Assembly (NCBI GenBank): GCA_024231215.1
Contig: JAAEQR010000195.1
Span: 142,755-206,754, forward strand
Source: PVC group bacterium
GTDB taxonomy: Bacteria > Omnitrophota > Gorgyraeia > B26-G9
Direction of reading: 5' to 3'
DNA length: 64,000 nucleotides
Below, piece by piece: positions 37,750 to 47,282 of this stretch. Below the pieces are notes generated by a model, which saw only the letters and a program-made list of their open reading frames with translations, searched no databases and was not told the origin of the DNA. How positions within the stretch are numbered: the stretch's first letter is position 1; each line of letters begins with the position of its first letter. The position numbers and the translations under genes were made by a program.

Positions 37750-39018
37750 ATGAAAAAAATATTTAATTATTTAATGATATCCAATATTTTTACCGGTGGC
37801 TTTGTTTTTACAACAGAGCTGTTTGATCTGTATTTGAGTTATCTTTTTATATTCTTTTTCACATTTTCGTATATATTTTCCCATAACAAATTAAATATTA
37901 ATCGAAAATTCATTTATATTTTAGTACTTTTCTCTTTTTTTTCATTTTTAAATGTTTTGCTTGGGAATAATTCCATTTCTTTTCTATCAAAGACAGTAGT
38001 TGGATTTATCGTTAATGGCATACCATATTATTTGCTAATTCGCTTAAATGATAACAACATAGATAAGCTCTTTCGTATATACTTGAAACTCGCGTGCGTT
38101 GTTGCTCTTATCGGAGTTTTTCAGGAAATAAGTTTCTTGGTTGGATTTGAATATGGTTATGATTTCCGATTTTTCATTCCCAGAATGGTGGCTCCTCATT
38201 CGCAATTAGGAATGCTTAAAGTTACATCGATTATCCCGGAACCAGCTCATTTTGGCGCAGTCATGGCTCCTGCGATCTTTGTATCAATCTTAAATATTTT
38301 TCAAAAGAAAAAATATTTCATAAGTCAAAAGATGAGTTGCTTGATAATTATAAGTGTTATGTTGTCATTTTCGTTAGTTGCCTATCTGAGCATTGTTGTT
38401 GTTTTTATTTTAATAATGTTAAATTATAAAAGAGTTCAATTAATAACTGTGTTTGCAATAATTTTAGGGTCTTTAATGTTTACAACCTACAAACATTTTC
38501 CTGAATTTAGATTTAAGATCAATGATACAGTTTCAGTTATTAGCGGTAATGTTCCGCTTTATAAGGTCAATCTAAGCACGTTTGCTTTTTGTAGTAATGG
38601 TTTTGTGGCTTATAAAAGTTTTATGAGTAACCCATTGATCGGGTCGGGACTGGGGAGTCATCCAATGTCTTATGACCGCTATATTGCTGCTGTTATAGAT
38701 TCAAAAATTAATAAGTGGGCTTTAAATAGAAAAGATGCATCAGCGTTGTTTTTTAGGGTTGTTTCGGAAACAGGTTTGATTGGGATATTTTTGGTTTTTA
38801 GTTTTATGTTTAAATTCCATGTGTCTAGAAAGAAGGACGATTATTTATGGATTATAAGTAATGCAATAACTTGCTTGTTTGTTTTGAAATTGTTGAGACA
38901 GGGAAATTATTTTTATAATGGATTTTTTTTCTTTGTGTGGGTATATTATTTTGCATATAAGAATATGCCTATTAAAGCAAGATTTTTACTGGAGAAAAAA
39001 TATAGTGAGAGAGAATAG
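37750..39018 (+). CDS. Polytopic membrane protein, O-antigen polymerase/ligase (Wzy/WaaL-like)
   Basis: About 10-12 TM segments, a large periplasmic loop near the C-terminus and ...PLIGSGLGSHPMSY... in the region where Wzy_C-family proteins carry their conserved loop. Confidence 0.5.
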   Translation: MKKIFNYLMISNIFTGGFVFTTELFDLYLSYLFIFFFTFSYIFSHNKLNINRKFIYILVLFSFFSFLNVLLGNNSISFLSKTVVGFIVNGIPYYLLIRLNDNNIDKLFRIYLKLACVVALIGVFQEISFLVGFEYGYDFRFFIPRMVAPHSQLGMLKVTSIIPEPAHFGAVMAPAIFVSILNIFQKKKYFISQKMSCLIIISVMLSFSLVAYLSIVVVFILIMLNYKRVQLITVFAIILGSLMFTTYKHFPEFRFKINDTVSVISGNVPLYKVNLSTFAFCSNGFVAYKSFMSNPLIGSGLGSHPMSYDRYIAAVIDSKINKWALNRKDASALFFRVVSETGLIGIFLVFSFMFKFHVSRKKDDYLWIISNAITCLFVLKLLRQGNYFYNGFFFFVWVYYFAYKNMPIKARFLLEKKYSERE

Positions 39019-40102
39019 AAGTTTGAAGAAAATTGTTGTTTCAGCGATAAATATCTCTGATGGTGGGGCACTATCAATTTTGAAAGAATGCTTAGGCTAC
39101 CTTTCGAGTAATTTAGCAAATGAGTACGAAATTATTGCTCTAGTTAACAATAAGGCGATTTTTGACTATAAAAATATAAAATTTTACTCCTTTCCAAAAT
39201 CAAAAAAATCATGGTTAGCAAGATTATATTATGAGTATATTTATTTTTATGGTTTTTCAAAAAAATTAAAGCCATATCTATGGGTTTCCTTGCATGATAT
39301 GACTCCAAATGTTAAAGCGGATATTCAGGCTGTTTATTGTCATAACCCTTCACCTTTTTATAAATTATCTTCGAAGGAGGCATTTTTAGGAGGTTATAAG
39401 TTCTTATTGTTTAATTTGTTTTATCGTTATTTGTATGCTATTAATATAAAGAGAAATAAATATGTAATTGTGCAGCAGGATGCTTTGAGAAGAAAATTTA
39501 AAAAGTTTGCCGAAGCTGAGAAGGTTGTTGTGGCTCATCCGACTATGAGCAATAAAAAACAAGCCGTTGTTTCTGAAACTGCTGGCAATTCTTTTTTTTA
39601 TCCGGCCTTTGCACGAATATTTAAGAATTTCGGGGTTATTTGCAAGGCTACAGAGATTCTACTAAGCCAGGGAATAAATAACTTTCAGGTCATTTTGACT
39701 ATAAGCGGCAATGAAAATAAGTATGCCAGATATATATATAATTCTTACAAGCACGTAGAAAACATTAAATTCATAGGTGTTCAATCCAGAGAGAAGACTT
39801 TTGAATTATATAATGAATCTGATTGTGTTATATTTCCGTCAAAGTTGGAAACATGGGGTCTGCCGATAACTGAAGCTAAATCTTTTTCTAAACCTATACT
39901 TCTGGCAGATCTGGATTATGCGCATGAGGCTATAGGCGCATACGATAGGGTTAAATTTTTTAATCCTGAAGGCCCTGCGGAATTGGCTGCGATAATGAAA
40001 GAGTTTATAAATAAAAAGATTAAATTCAGAAGCACTAGTGCGAGATATATTGAACATCCCTATGCTCAAAATTGGAAACAGCTTTTTGATATTTTATTAT
40101 AA
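39005..40102 (+). CDS. Glycosyltransferase family 1 (GT4-type, GT-B fold)
   Basis: C-terminal ...DCVIFPSKLETWGLPITEAKSFSKPILLADLDYAHEA (EX7E-like). The start is ambiguous (GTG 39005 or TTG 39023). The ORF-track start at 38918 overlaps the upstream gene and is unsupported. Confidence 0.6.
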   Translation: MRENRSLKKIVVSAINISDGGALSILKECLGYLSSNLANEYEIIALVNNKAIFDYKNIKFYSFPKSKKSWLARLYYEYIYFYGFSKKLKPYLWVSLHDMTPNVKADIQAVYCHNPSPFYKLSSKEAFLGGYKFLLFNLFYRYLYAINIKRNKYVIVQQDALRRKFKKFAEAEKVVVAHPTMSNKKQAVVSETAGNSFFYPAFARIFKNFGVICKATEILLSQGINNFQVILTISGNENKYARYIYNSYKHVENIKFIGVQSREKTFELYNESDCVIFPSKLETWGLPITEAKSFSKPILLADLDYAHEAIGAYDRVKFFNPEGPAELAAIMKEFINKKIKFRSTSARYIEHPYAQNWKQLFDILL

Positions 40103-40141
40103 AGAAAACCAAACCTATTTTTATGAATAAAGGTAAATTTT

Positions 40142-40741
40142 ATGAAAAATATGATTAAACGATATGGCTGCTTTGGATTGTTGAAACTTTCGATTACTTT
40201 AATTAGGAGCAAACTGTTGTATCCTAAAGCTCGTTTAATACGATTTCCAATTGACATTAGAGGTAGGAAGTATATTAATTATGGGAAAGGGTTTACTACG
40301 GGTAGAGGCTGTCGTATTGAAGCATATCCAATTGATGGTAAATCAACGACCATCATTATTGGTAATAATGTTCAGATAAATGATTATGTCCATATTACTG
40401 GTGTAAAAAAGGTTCTTATTGGGAATAATGTGTTAATAGCAGGGAAAGTTTATATTTCTGATTCAAACCATGGAAATTATTCAGGGAGTAAAGAGGATAG
40501 TAATCCATTAGTTGTTCCTACAGATAGACCATTATTTTCGAAGGAAGTTATTATTGAAGATTGTGTTTGGATAGGAGAAGCCGTTTCTATATTACCTGGG
40601 GTTACTGTTGGGAAAGGTTCAGTTATTGGAGCTAATAGTGTTGTTACAAAAAATATTCCTGAAAATGTGATAGCCGTAGGTAGTCCCGCACGTGTAATTA
40701 AAAAATTTAATTTTGTGATTAATAAATGGGAAAGGCTTTAA
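40142..40741 (+). CDS. Hexapeptide-repeat acyltransferase (WbbJ/LacA-like), paralog of 26733-27326
   Basis: IGNNVQINDYVHITG, IGNNVLIAGKVYISDSNHG, IGEAVSILPGVTVGKGSVIGANSVVTKNIPENVIAVGSPARVIKKF. Confidence 0.7.
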   Translation: MKNMIKRYGCFGLLKLSITLIRSKLLYPKARLIRFPIDIRGRKYINYGKGFTTGRGCRIEAYPIDGKSTTIIIGNNVQINDYVHITGVKKVLIGNNVLIAGKVYISDSNHGNYSGSKEDSNPLVVPTDRPLFSKEVIIEDCVWIGEAVSILPGVTVGKGSVIGANSVVTKNIPENVIAVGSPARVIKKFNFVINKWERL

Positions 40742-40747
40742 ATATTT

Positions 40748-41884
40748 ATGAATAAAAATAGAAATATTTTAATTTCTGGAGGAGCAGGCTTTATTGGAAG
40801 TAGCTTGGCTCTTTATTTAAAGTCATTAGATTATAATGTGTCTGTCTTGGATAATTTAAGCCAACAGATTCATGGCGAATGTCCTGATAATTCAGATTTA
40901 TATCAAAATATTAAAGGTGAAGTTAAATTTATATTAGGGGATGTTAGAGTAAAGGAAGATTGGATTAAAGCTATTGATGGGCAGGATGTGATAATTCACT
41001 TAGCAGCAGAGACAGGAACAGGGCAGTCAATGTATGAGATTAGTAAGTATGTTGAAGTAAATGTTGGGGGCACTGCTGCATTATGGGATGTTTTAGCCAA
41101 TAATAAACATTCAATAAAAAAAGTGGTTTTAGCATCGTCAAGGGCTGTGTATGGAGAAGGGGCATATCAATGCCAAGTGGGCTGTGGTTTGGTTGCTGTG
41201 AAGTCACGCATGAAAGCGGAGCTTCAGAAAGGGCATTGGGAGCCTATTTGCTTGAAATGTGGCGGCTTGGTGGAACCTATAGCAACTTCTGAAACAGCAA
41301 CTCCAAGACCTGTTTCTTTGTATGCTTGTACAAAATTGGCTCAAGAACAAATGTCGTTAACTATTGGGGAGGCGCAAGGAATTTCGGTTGGTGTTTTGCG
41401 TTTTCAAAATGTATATGGACCGGGTCAGTCCTTGCAAAATCCTTATACGGGTATTTTATCTATTTTTTCTAATCAATTGCGTCAGAATTTACCAGTAAAT
41501 ATTTATGAGGATGGGGCTGAAAGCAGAGATTTTGTTTTCATTCAAGATGTTGTGCAGGCTTGTAAGCGAACGATGGAGCTCAGAGATTTTAATATTGTGA
41601 TTAATGTTGGGAGTGGACGACCGACGACTGTTTTGGAATTAGCTCATGTTTTAAAACAGCGCTGGAGAAGTAAGTCTTTGGTTACGGTGACAGGTGCATT
41701 TAGAGTGGGTGATATTCGGCATAACTGGGCAGACCTGACGCAGTTTTATCGGCTATGGCCAGATTGTAAGATGACGACTCTAGATGCTGGACTAGTGTCA
41801 TTTATAGAATGGGCCAGAGGACAGTTAGTTTTTGAGGATAAAACTCATAATGCAGAACAAGAATTAAAGTCTCGCAATTTATAA
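40748..41884 (+). CDS. NAD-dependent epimerase/dehydratase (extended SDR) carrying an inserted four-cysteine segment
   Basis: ILISGGAGFIGSSL (GxxGxxG), YACTK (YxxxK), with the insert ...YQCQVGCGLVAVKSRMKAELQKGHWEPICLKCGG... between them. Confidence 0.7.
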   Translation: MNKNRNILISGGAGFIGSSLALYLKSLDYNVSVLDNLSQQIHGECPDNSDLYQNIKGEVKFILGDVRVKEDWIKAIDGQDVIIHLAAETGTGQSMYEISKYVEVNVGGTAALWDVLANNKHSIKKVVLASSRAVYGEGAYQCQVGCGLVAVKSRMKAELQKGHWEPICLKCGGLVEPIATSETATPRPVSLYACTKLAQEQMSLTIGEAQGISVGVLRFQNVYGPGQSLQNPYTGILSIFSNQLRQNLPVNIYEDGAESRDFVFIQDVVQACKRTMELRDFNIVINVGSGRPTTVLELAHVLKQRWRSKSLVTVTGAFRVGDIRHNWADLTQFYRLWPDCKMTTLDAGLVSFIEWARGQLVFEDKTHNAEQELKSRNL

Positions 41885-41910
41885 AAAATGAATTAATAAG
41901 GGAGTGAAGT

Positions 41911-42825
41911 ATGAAGCGATGTGATTTATCAATAATTATAGCTAGTTATAATACGAAGCAATTGTTGGAGATGTGCTTGCAATCTATTTATCAGAATACT
42001 CAGGGGATTTTGTTTGAGGTAATTGTAGTGGATGATGGATCGAAAGATGAAAGTCCTGGAATGGTACGCAAGCTTTTTCCTAAGGTACGGTTGATATGCA
42101 ATGAACGCAATCTTAAATACGTGGGGACTAATAACGTGGGATTGCGTGCTGCTTCCGGACGGTATGGGTTGCTGTTAAATAGTGACGTGGAGGTTAAGCC
42201 AGGTGCTTTTGTTACGCTTGTGCGATTTATGGATGCGCATCCGGATGCAGCTGCGGCTGGCCCGAAGCTTATCAACCCTGACGGTTCCATTCAACAATGC
42301 ATTCGAAGTTTTGCAGGGGTGTTTCCTATGATTTGCCAGACGCTCAATTTGCATAAACTTTGGCCGAATAATTTAGTTACTAATAGATATTATTCGGATA
42401 TTGACTATGATCGTATTCAGGTGGTACCTCATATTGGGACTACGGCTTTTATTATTCGTCGTCAGACTTGGGAAACGTTTGGACTGTTGGATGAACGGTT
42501 TGAACAATTCTTTGGCGATTTTTCCTATTGTTATATATTAGGTCAGCATAATCAGAAGATATATTATGTTCCGGAAGCGGTAGTTGTGCATTACGGAAGT
42601 CAATCTATTAATCAGAATGGAATCAAACAGATTCGAGCTTTGCATAAGGCATTGCGAGTTTTTTTTGATATTTATTATGCTCCGCGCTATTTACGTCCAA
42701 TACGTTGGGTTGTGCGAATAGGCATTCGAATGCGGGAAATTTTTAAGGTGTTGGAGTTTAGGCTTTCTCGAGATAAGCGGGTGATTACCGGACCAGGCGC
42801 CCCGTTTTTGAAACGTTCCTCTTAG
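41911..42825 (+). CDS. Glycosyltransferase family 2
   Basis: LSIIIASYNTKQLLEMCLQSIYQNT...EVIVVDDGSKDES...LLNSDVEV. AGGGAG RBS. Confidence 0.75.
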   Translation: MKRCDLSIIIASYNTKQLLEMCLQSIYQNTQGILFEVIVVDDGSKDESPGMVRKLFPKVRLICNERNLKYVGTNNVGLRAASGRYGLLLNSDVEVKPGAFVTLVRFMDAHPDAAAAGPKLINPDGSIQQCIRSFAGVFPMICQTLNLHKLWPNNLVTNRYYSDIDYDRIQVVPHIGTTAFIIRRQTWETFGLLDERFEQFFGDFSYCYILGQHNQKIYYVPEAVVVHYGSQSINQNGIKQIRALHKALRVFFDIYYAPRYLRPIRWVVRIGIRMREIFKVLEFRLSRDKRVITGPGAPFLKRSS

Positions 42826-42914
42826 AAAAATCATATTTAGACCGTAGGCATAGAACCAAATTCATTGTGGTCGCAATGCATTATAAAGTTATGGAAGCGT
42901 GGCAAGGAGAACCG

Positions 42915-43688
42915 ATGTTTTTTATCGCATCAAAAATATTTCAGATGATTGCTCAGCCGTTTAATGTTGTGCTTATATTGCTTGCGTCTGCTTGGTTTTT
43001 AGGGAAAAGGAATCCATCCGCGGCGAGAATAATAATTGGCATTATTCTTATCTTTTGTTTTGTTTGCGGTTCCGAGGTGTTTTCAGATTATATGTTAAGG
43101 GCTCTTGAACAGCAGGTGCCAAGAGATGTTATCTCCGAAAATATCGATGGAATAATTGTTTTGGTCGGGATAGTGAATATTTATTCAATGCGGGAAGGCG
43201 TGACGGAACTTGTGGAATCTGCCGACCGCATTGTCCAAGGGGTTGTGCTGGCGCGGCAATATCCAAAGGCAAAACTTATAATAACCGGGGCTTCCGGATT
43301 GCTGGATAAATCTGCTTATTTTCGTGAGGCGGATTTGTTAAATGAGCTTGTATTAGCATTGGGGATAAGTAAAGACAGGATTATTCTTGAACGTAACGCG
43401 CGAAATACTCATGAGCATGCGACAGAACTCTCGGCAATGCTGCCTAAAGATGGTAAATGGGTTTTAGTAACATCAGCGTTTCATATGCCCAGGGCGGTGG
43501 GGTGTTTTAAAAAAGCAGGATTTATGGTTAAAGCTTATCCAGTAGATTACCGAACAAGATCAAAGAAGTTTTGTAAAACATCCTTGGAATTATTTGTTCC
43601 GACGCTTTCCGGTTTTAAAAATTTCAATATTGCATTGAAAGAATATATTGGTTTAATAGTATACAGGTTAGCAGGATATATGAATTAG
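42915..43688 (+). CDS. YdcF/DUF218 (ElyC/SanA-like) family protein
   Basis: DGIIVLVG...RIVQGVVLARQYPKAKLIITGASG...VLVTSAFHMPRA, the classic DUF218 pattern. AAGGAG RBS 5 nt before the ATG at 42915. Confidence 0.7.
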   Translation: MFFIASKIFQMIAQPFNVVLILLASAWFLGKRNPSAARIIIGIILIFCFVCGSEVFSDYMLRALEQQVPRDVISENIDGIIVLVGIVNIYSMREGVTELVESADRIVQGVVLARQYPKAKLIITGASGLLDKSAYFREADLLNELVLALGISKDRIILERNARNTHEHATELSAMLPKDGKWVLVTSAFHMPRAVGCFKKAGFMVKAYPVDYRTRSKKFCKTSLELFVPTLSGFKNFNIALKEYIGLIVYRLAGYMN

Positions 43689-43699
43689 GTGTTTGCCAG

Positions 43700-44650
43700 A
43701 TGAAAAAAATATTGGTTACCGGAGCAACCGGATTTATTGGGCGTGCAGTATGTGTTAAACTTCTGGAAAATGGATGGAAATTTAAGGCTGTTGTTCGTAA
43801 AGATTTTAACCCCAGTGTTTTGCCGACCGGAATTGAAAAAGTATATATAGAATCGATTGAAAACTATAATTTTTGTGATAAGGATTTTTCCGAAGTAGAA
43901 GCGGTTATTCATTTGGCTGCACGAGTGCATATGATTAATGATAAAGCTGTTGCTCCGCTGGATGCCTTTCGTAAGGTTAATGTGCTTGGGACTAAACGTC
44001 TGGCGCTTGCGGCGGCTAAAGCCGGAGTGAAAAGATTTATTTTTCTTAGTTCAGTTAAAGTCAACGGGGAGACGACTGTCCGGCCTTATACGGAAAAAGA
44101 TAAGCCTGATCCCCAAGATGCGTATGGTGTTAGTAAAAAAGAAGCTGAAGATGCCTTGGCTGATATGGCGGCTGAAACAGGGATGCAAATAGTAATTATC
44201 CGGCCGCCTTTAGTCTATGGGCTTGGAGTTAAGGCTAACTTTAGGAGTTTGATAAAGATCACCAAGGCCGGTATACCTTTACCGTTTAAAAATATTTATA
44301 ATAAGCGTAGTTTTGTTTATCTTGGTAATTTGGCAGATGCTATTATCATATGCATAGACCATATCCGTGCAGCAGGTGAGACGTTCTTGATAAGCGATGG
44401 AGAAGATGTTTCTGTAGCGGAGTTAATAAATAAGATTGCAATTGCTATGAATAGAAAACCGGCGTTATTTTCTTTTAACCAGGGAATATTAAGATCATTT
44501 TGTAAGGTGATTGGTAAAAGCGAAGAGTTAGAAAAATTAGCAGGATCGCTCTTGGTTGACAGTAGTAAGATGAGGAATATACTGGGATGGACTCCTCCAT
44601 TTAGTCTGGAAGAAGGTTTGAAAGAAACGGTTAAACCCTATAAATCATGA
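43700..44650 (+). CDS. NAD-dependent epimerase/dehydratase family (UDP-sugar 4-epimerase/reductase-like), directly upstream of the initiating phosphoglycosyltransferase
   Basis: KILVTGATGFIGRAV (GxxGxxG), YGVSK (YxxxK). Confidence 0.7.
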   Translation: MKKILVTGATGFIGRAVCVKLLENGWKFKAVVRKDFNPSVLPTGIEKVYIESIENYNFCDKDFSEVEAVIHLAARVHMINDKAVAPLDAFRKVNVLGTKRLALAAAKAGVKRFIFLSSVKVNGETTVRPYTEKDKPDPQDAYGVSKKEAEDALADMAAETGMQIVIIRPPLVYGLGVKANFRSLIKITKAGIPLPFKNIYNKRSFVYLGNLADAIIICIDHIRAAGETFLISDGEDVSVAELINKIAIAMNRKPALFSFNQGILRSFCKVIGKSEELEKLAGSLLVDSSKMRNILGWTPPFSLEEGLKETVKPYKS

Positions 44651-45186
44651 TAAAACGTATTTCGGATATTGTTATTGCTGTTTTCCTATTGGCATGCTTA
44701 AGCTTACCGTTTTTTATTTTTGCGATAATCATCAAATTAACCTCTCTTGGGCCGGTATTCTATTGGTCGGACAGAGTGGGTAAGAATAATAAAATATTTA
44801 AGATGTGTAAATTTCGTACTATGCGGATAAATACTCCTGCAGTTGCGACGCATCTTTTAAAAGACGCTTCACAATATATTACCCCAATAGGTTCTTTCTT
44901 GCGCAAGTTTAGTTTAGACGAATTACCGCAGATATTTAATATAATAGCAGGGGACATGACATTTGTCGGACCCAGGCCGGCATTATTTAATCAAGATGAT
45001 TTAATAAATTTGAGAACAAAAAAGAATGTACATACACTTATCCCGGGAGTTACCGGATGGGCTCAGGTCAATGGCCGGGATGAACTTTCTATACCGGTAA
45101 AGGTTGAATTTGATGAGTATTATTTGAAAAACAAAAGCTTGTTTTTAGATGCTAAAATCATACTGCTTACATTGCTAAAGTTATAA
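44647..45186 (+). CDS. Small bacterial sugar transferase (PglC/WbaP-C-terminal-like initiating phosphoglycosyltransferase, polyprenyl-phosphate hexose-1-phosphate transferase)
   Basis: ISDIVIAVFLLACLSLPFFIF (re-entrant helix)...GPVFYWSDRVGKNNKIFKMCKFRTM...DELPQIFNIIAGDMTFVGPRP. Confidence 0.85.
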   Translation: MIKRISDIVIAVFLLACLSLPFFIFAIIIKLTSLGPVFYWSDRVGKNNKIFKMCKFRTMRINTPAVATHLLKDASQYITPIGSFLRKFSLDELPQIFNIIAGDMTFVGPRPALFNQDDLINLRTKKNVHTLIPGVTGWAQVNGRDELSIPVKVEFDEYYLKNKSLFLDAKIILLTLLKL

Positions 45187-45333
45187 AGCAAGAAGGTGTA
45201 GAACATTAACAACTGTAAAAGTGTTCATTCCGGCCGTCCAATTATTCTCCAACTTTAATCTTGATATACAGTTACAAGTATTTATCTCTAAAATTTCAGA
45301 ATTGGTCTGAGAAATTGCCGGGATGCGCAATCG

Positions 45334-45362
45334 TTGATAAAAAACTAGCTATATGGTAATAT
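45334..45362 (+). promoter_or_regulatory. Candidate sigma70-type promoter (TTGATA-17nt-TAATAT) in the 261-bp gap before the PglF/CapD-like gene
   Basis: Read from sequence. A strong AAGGAG RBS precedes the ATG at 45448. Confidence 0.35.
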
Positions 45363-45447
45363 AAACTAAAGTAATTAGTATAAAATAGAGTAATAATAAA
45401 TAAACTTTCATAATAAATTTTATAAAAGCTGAGGATAAGGAGAAATA

Positions 45448-47274
45448 ATGATCGAGCGTTTTAGGAAACCAATACTTTTAATTTGTGATTTGATTTTAAT
45501 AAATTTGTCTATGGGGTTGGCCTTTCTAGTACGATTCGACTGGAATTTGGTGAATGTTGGTGAGAATTGTTTGTATTTTATGGTTTGGACGAGTTTAATT
45601 AGAGTTGTTTTATTTAGTATGTCCGGGCTATACCAATGGTCTTTTCGGTATGCAAGTATCAGTGAGGCGATGAATGTTTTTAGAGTAGTGACTTTAGGCA
45701 GTTTGCTGCTTACCGCAGTTGCCTTTTTTTCTAAACACATGATTATGGGACGGTCTGTTTTAATTATTGATTATCTGGGCTGCTTATTTTTAGTTATTGC
45801 TTCTCGTTTTCTCCCGCGTGTTATTATTAAATTTAAACAACGTCGGATTATTAATCTTAAAAGAGTGCTTATTGTCGGAGCCGGATCTGCGGGGGAAATG
45901 GTTGCCCGGGAATTGATTACTTCTAAGGAGAGAGTTTATGATCCGGTTGGATTTATAGATGATAAGCCAAGTAAGAGGAACGCGCGTATTCACGGTATAA
46001 AAGTTCTTGGGAAGATGAGTGATATCAGTGTTCTTGTGAAATACTGTAGCATTGAAGAAATAATTATTGCTATTCCATCTGCTTCCGGGAAAATAATACG
46101 GGATATAATCGAAAAATGTAAAAAGACAGGTGTGAAGATTAAAATTGTTCCGGAGCTGCATAAAATTCTCACTGGAGAGGTTTCTATACGGCAGATACGG
46201 GAAGTGCGGCCGGAAGATCTTTTAGGTCGGGAAAGTATAAATATTGATATAAAAAATATAAATTCTTTTATCCAAGATAAAGTAGTTTTAGTTACCGGAT
46301 CAGCCGGAACAATTGGCTCAGAACTTTGTCGTCAGATTATAAAATTTAAACCCCGGCTGCTAGTTTTATATGATTATAATGAAAATGATTTTTACTTTTT
46401 ACAGTTAGAACTCAGGGATAAATATCCAGATATAAAATTAAAGACAATTATCGGAGATATAAAAGATCTGGGATTGCTTAACCATATATTTTCTCAGTTC
46501 AGGCCTCATATTGTATTTCATTCTGCAGCACATAAGCATGTGCCGCTTATGGAAGAAAACCCTGTGGCTGCGGTAAAAAACAATGTGATTGGGACAAAGA
46601 ATTTTATGAACGCAGTTGAGCATTACGGGGTTGAGCGGTTTGTGTTGATTTCTACAGATAAGGCAGTAAATCCGACGAGTATTATGGGAGCATCCAAGCG
46701 TATTGCTGAGATGATGGTTCAGGCAAGGACGAAAACTTCTCAGACAAAATTTATGGCAGTACGGTTTGGGAATGTTATTGGTTCCAGCGGAAGCGCCGTA
46801 TTGATCTTTAAAAAACAGATTGAAAAAGGTGGTCCGGTTACGGTAACTCATCCGGATGTCAAACGCTTTTTTATGACCGCAAGTGAAGCAGTTCAGCTGG
46901 TTATTCAGGCTGCGGTATTGGGTAAGGGCGGAGAAGTATTTATTCTGGATATGGGCCAGCAAATAAAAATTGCGGATCTAGCTAAAGGGCTGATTACTTT
47001 GTCCGGATTAAAGCCGGAAGAAGATATCCCAATTACGTTTACCGGATTGCGGCCGGGAGAAAAATTATATGAAGAAGTATTACTTAATATAGAAAAAGAT
47101 AAGGCTACGAAACATGATAAAATTTATATCACCCAGCCAAACCATTTTGATCCACGGAAACTGCAGTCTCAGATAAAAGAACTGGAAGAGCTGGCTAATA
47201 TTATAGATAACGAAGGTGTTATTAGCAAAATAAAAGAACTTGTCCCGACTTATTCCGGGAATAAAAAAAAGTAG
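45448..47274 (+). CDS. Membrane-anchored polysaccharide biosynthesis protein CapD/PglF/WbpM family (UDP-GlcNAc 4,6-dehydratase)
   Basis: N-terminal 4 TM helices. VLIVGAGSAGEMVAREL and VLVTGSAGTIGSEL (two Rossmann motifs). HSAAHKHVPLMEENP...ISTDKAVNPTSIMGASKRIAE. Confidence 0.85.
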   Translation: MIERFRKPILLICDLILINLSMGLAFLVRFDWNLVNVGENCLYFMVWTSLIRVVLFSMSGLYQWSFRYASISEAMNVFRVVTLGSLLLTAVAFFSKHMIMGRSVLIIDYLGCLFLVIASRFLPRVIIKFKQRRIINLKRVLIVGAGSAGEMVARELITSKERVYDPVGFIDDKPSKRNARIHGIKVLGKMSDISVLVKYCSIEEIIIAIPSASGKIIRDIIEKCKKTGVKIKIVPELHKILTGEVSIRQIREVRPEDLLGRESINIDIKNINSFIQDKVVLVTGSAGTIGSELCRQIIKFKPRLLVLYDYNENDFYFLQLELRDKYPDIKLKTIIGDIKDLGLLNHIFSQFRPHIVFHSAAHKHVPLMEENPVAAVKNNVIGTKNFMNAVEHYGVERFVLISTDKAVNPTSIMGASKRIAEMMVQARTKTSQTKFMAVRFGNVIGSSGSAVLIFKKQIEKGGPVTVTHPDVKRFFMTASEAVQLVIQAAVLGKGGEVFILDMGQQIKIADLAKGLITLSGLKPEEDIPITFTGLRPGEKLYEEVLLNIEKDKATKHDKIYITQPNHFDPRKLQSQIKELEELANIIDNEGVISKIKELVPTYSGNKKK

Positions 47275-47282
47275 GAGAGTAT

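Noticed and set aside
38918-39004. Upstream extension of the GT4 glycosyltransferase ORF
   Set aside because: It overlaps the last 100 nt of the Wzy-like gene. GTG 39005 or TTG 39023 are more plausible starts.
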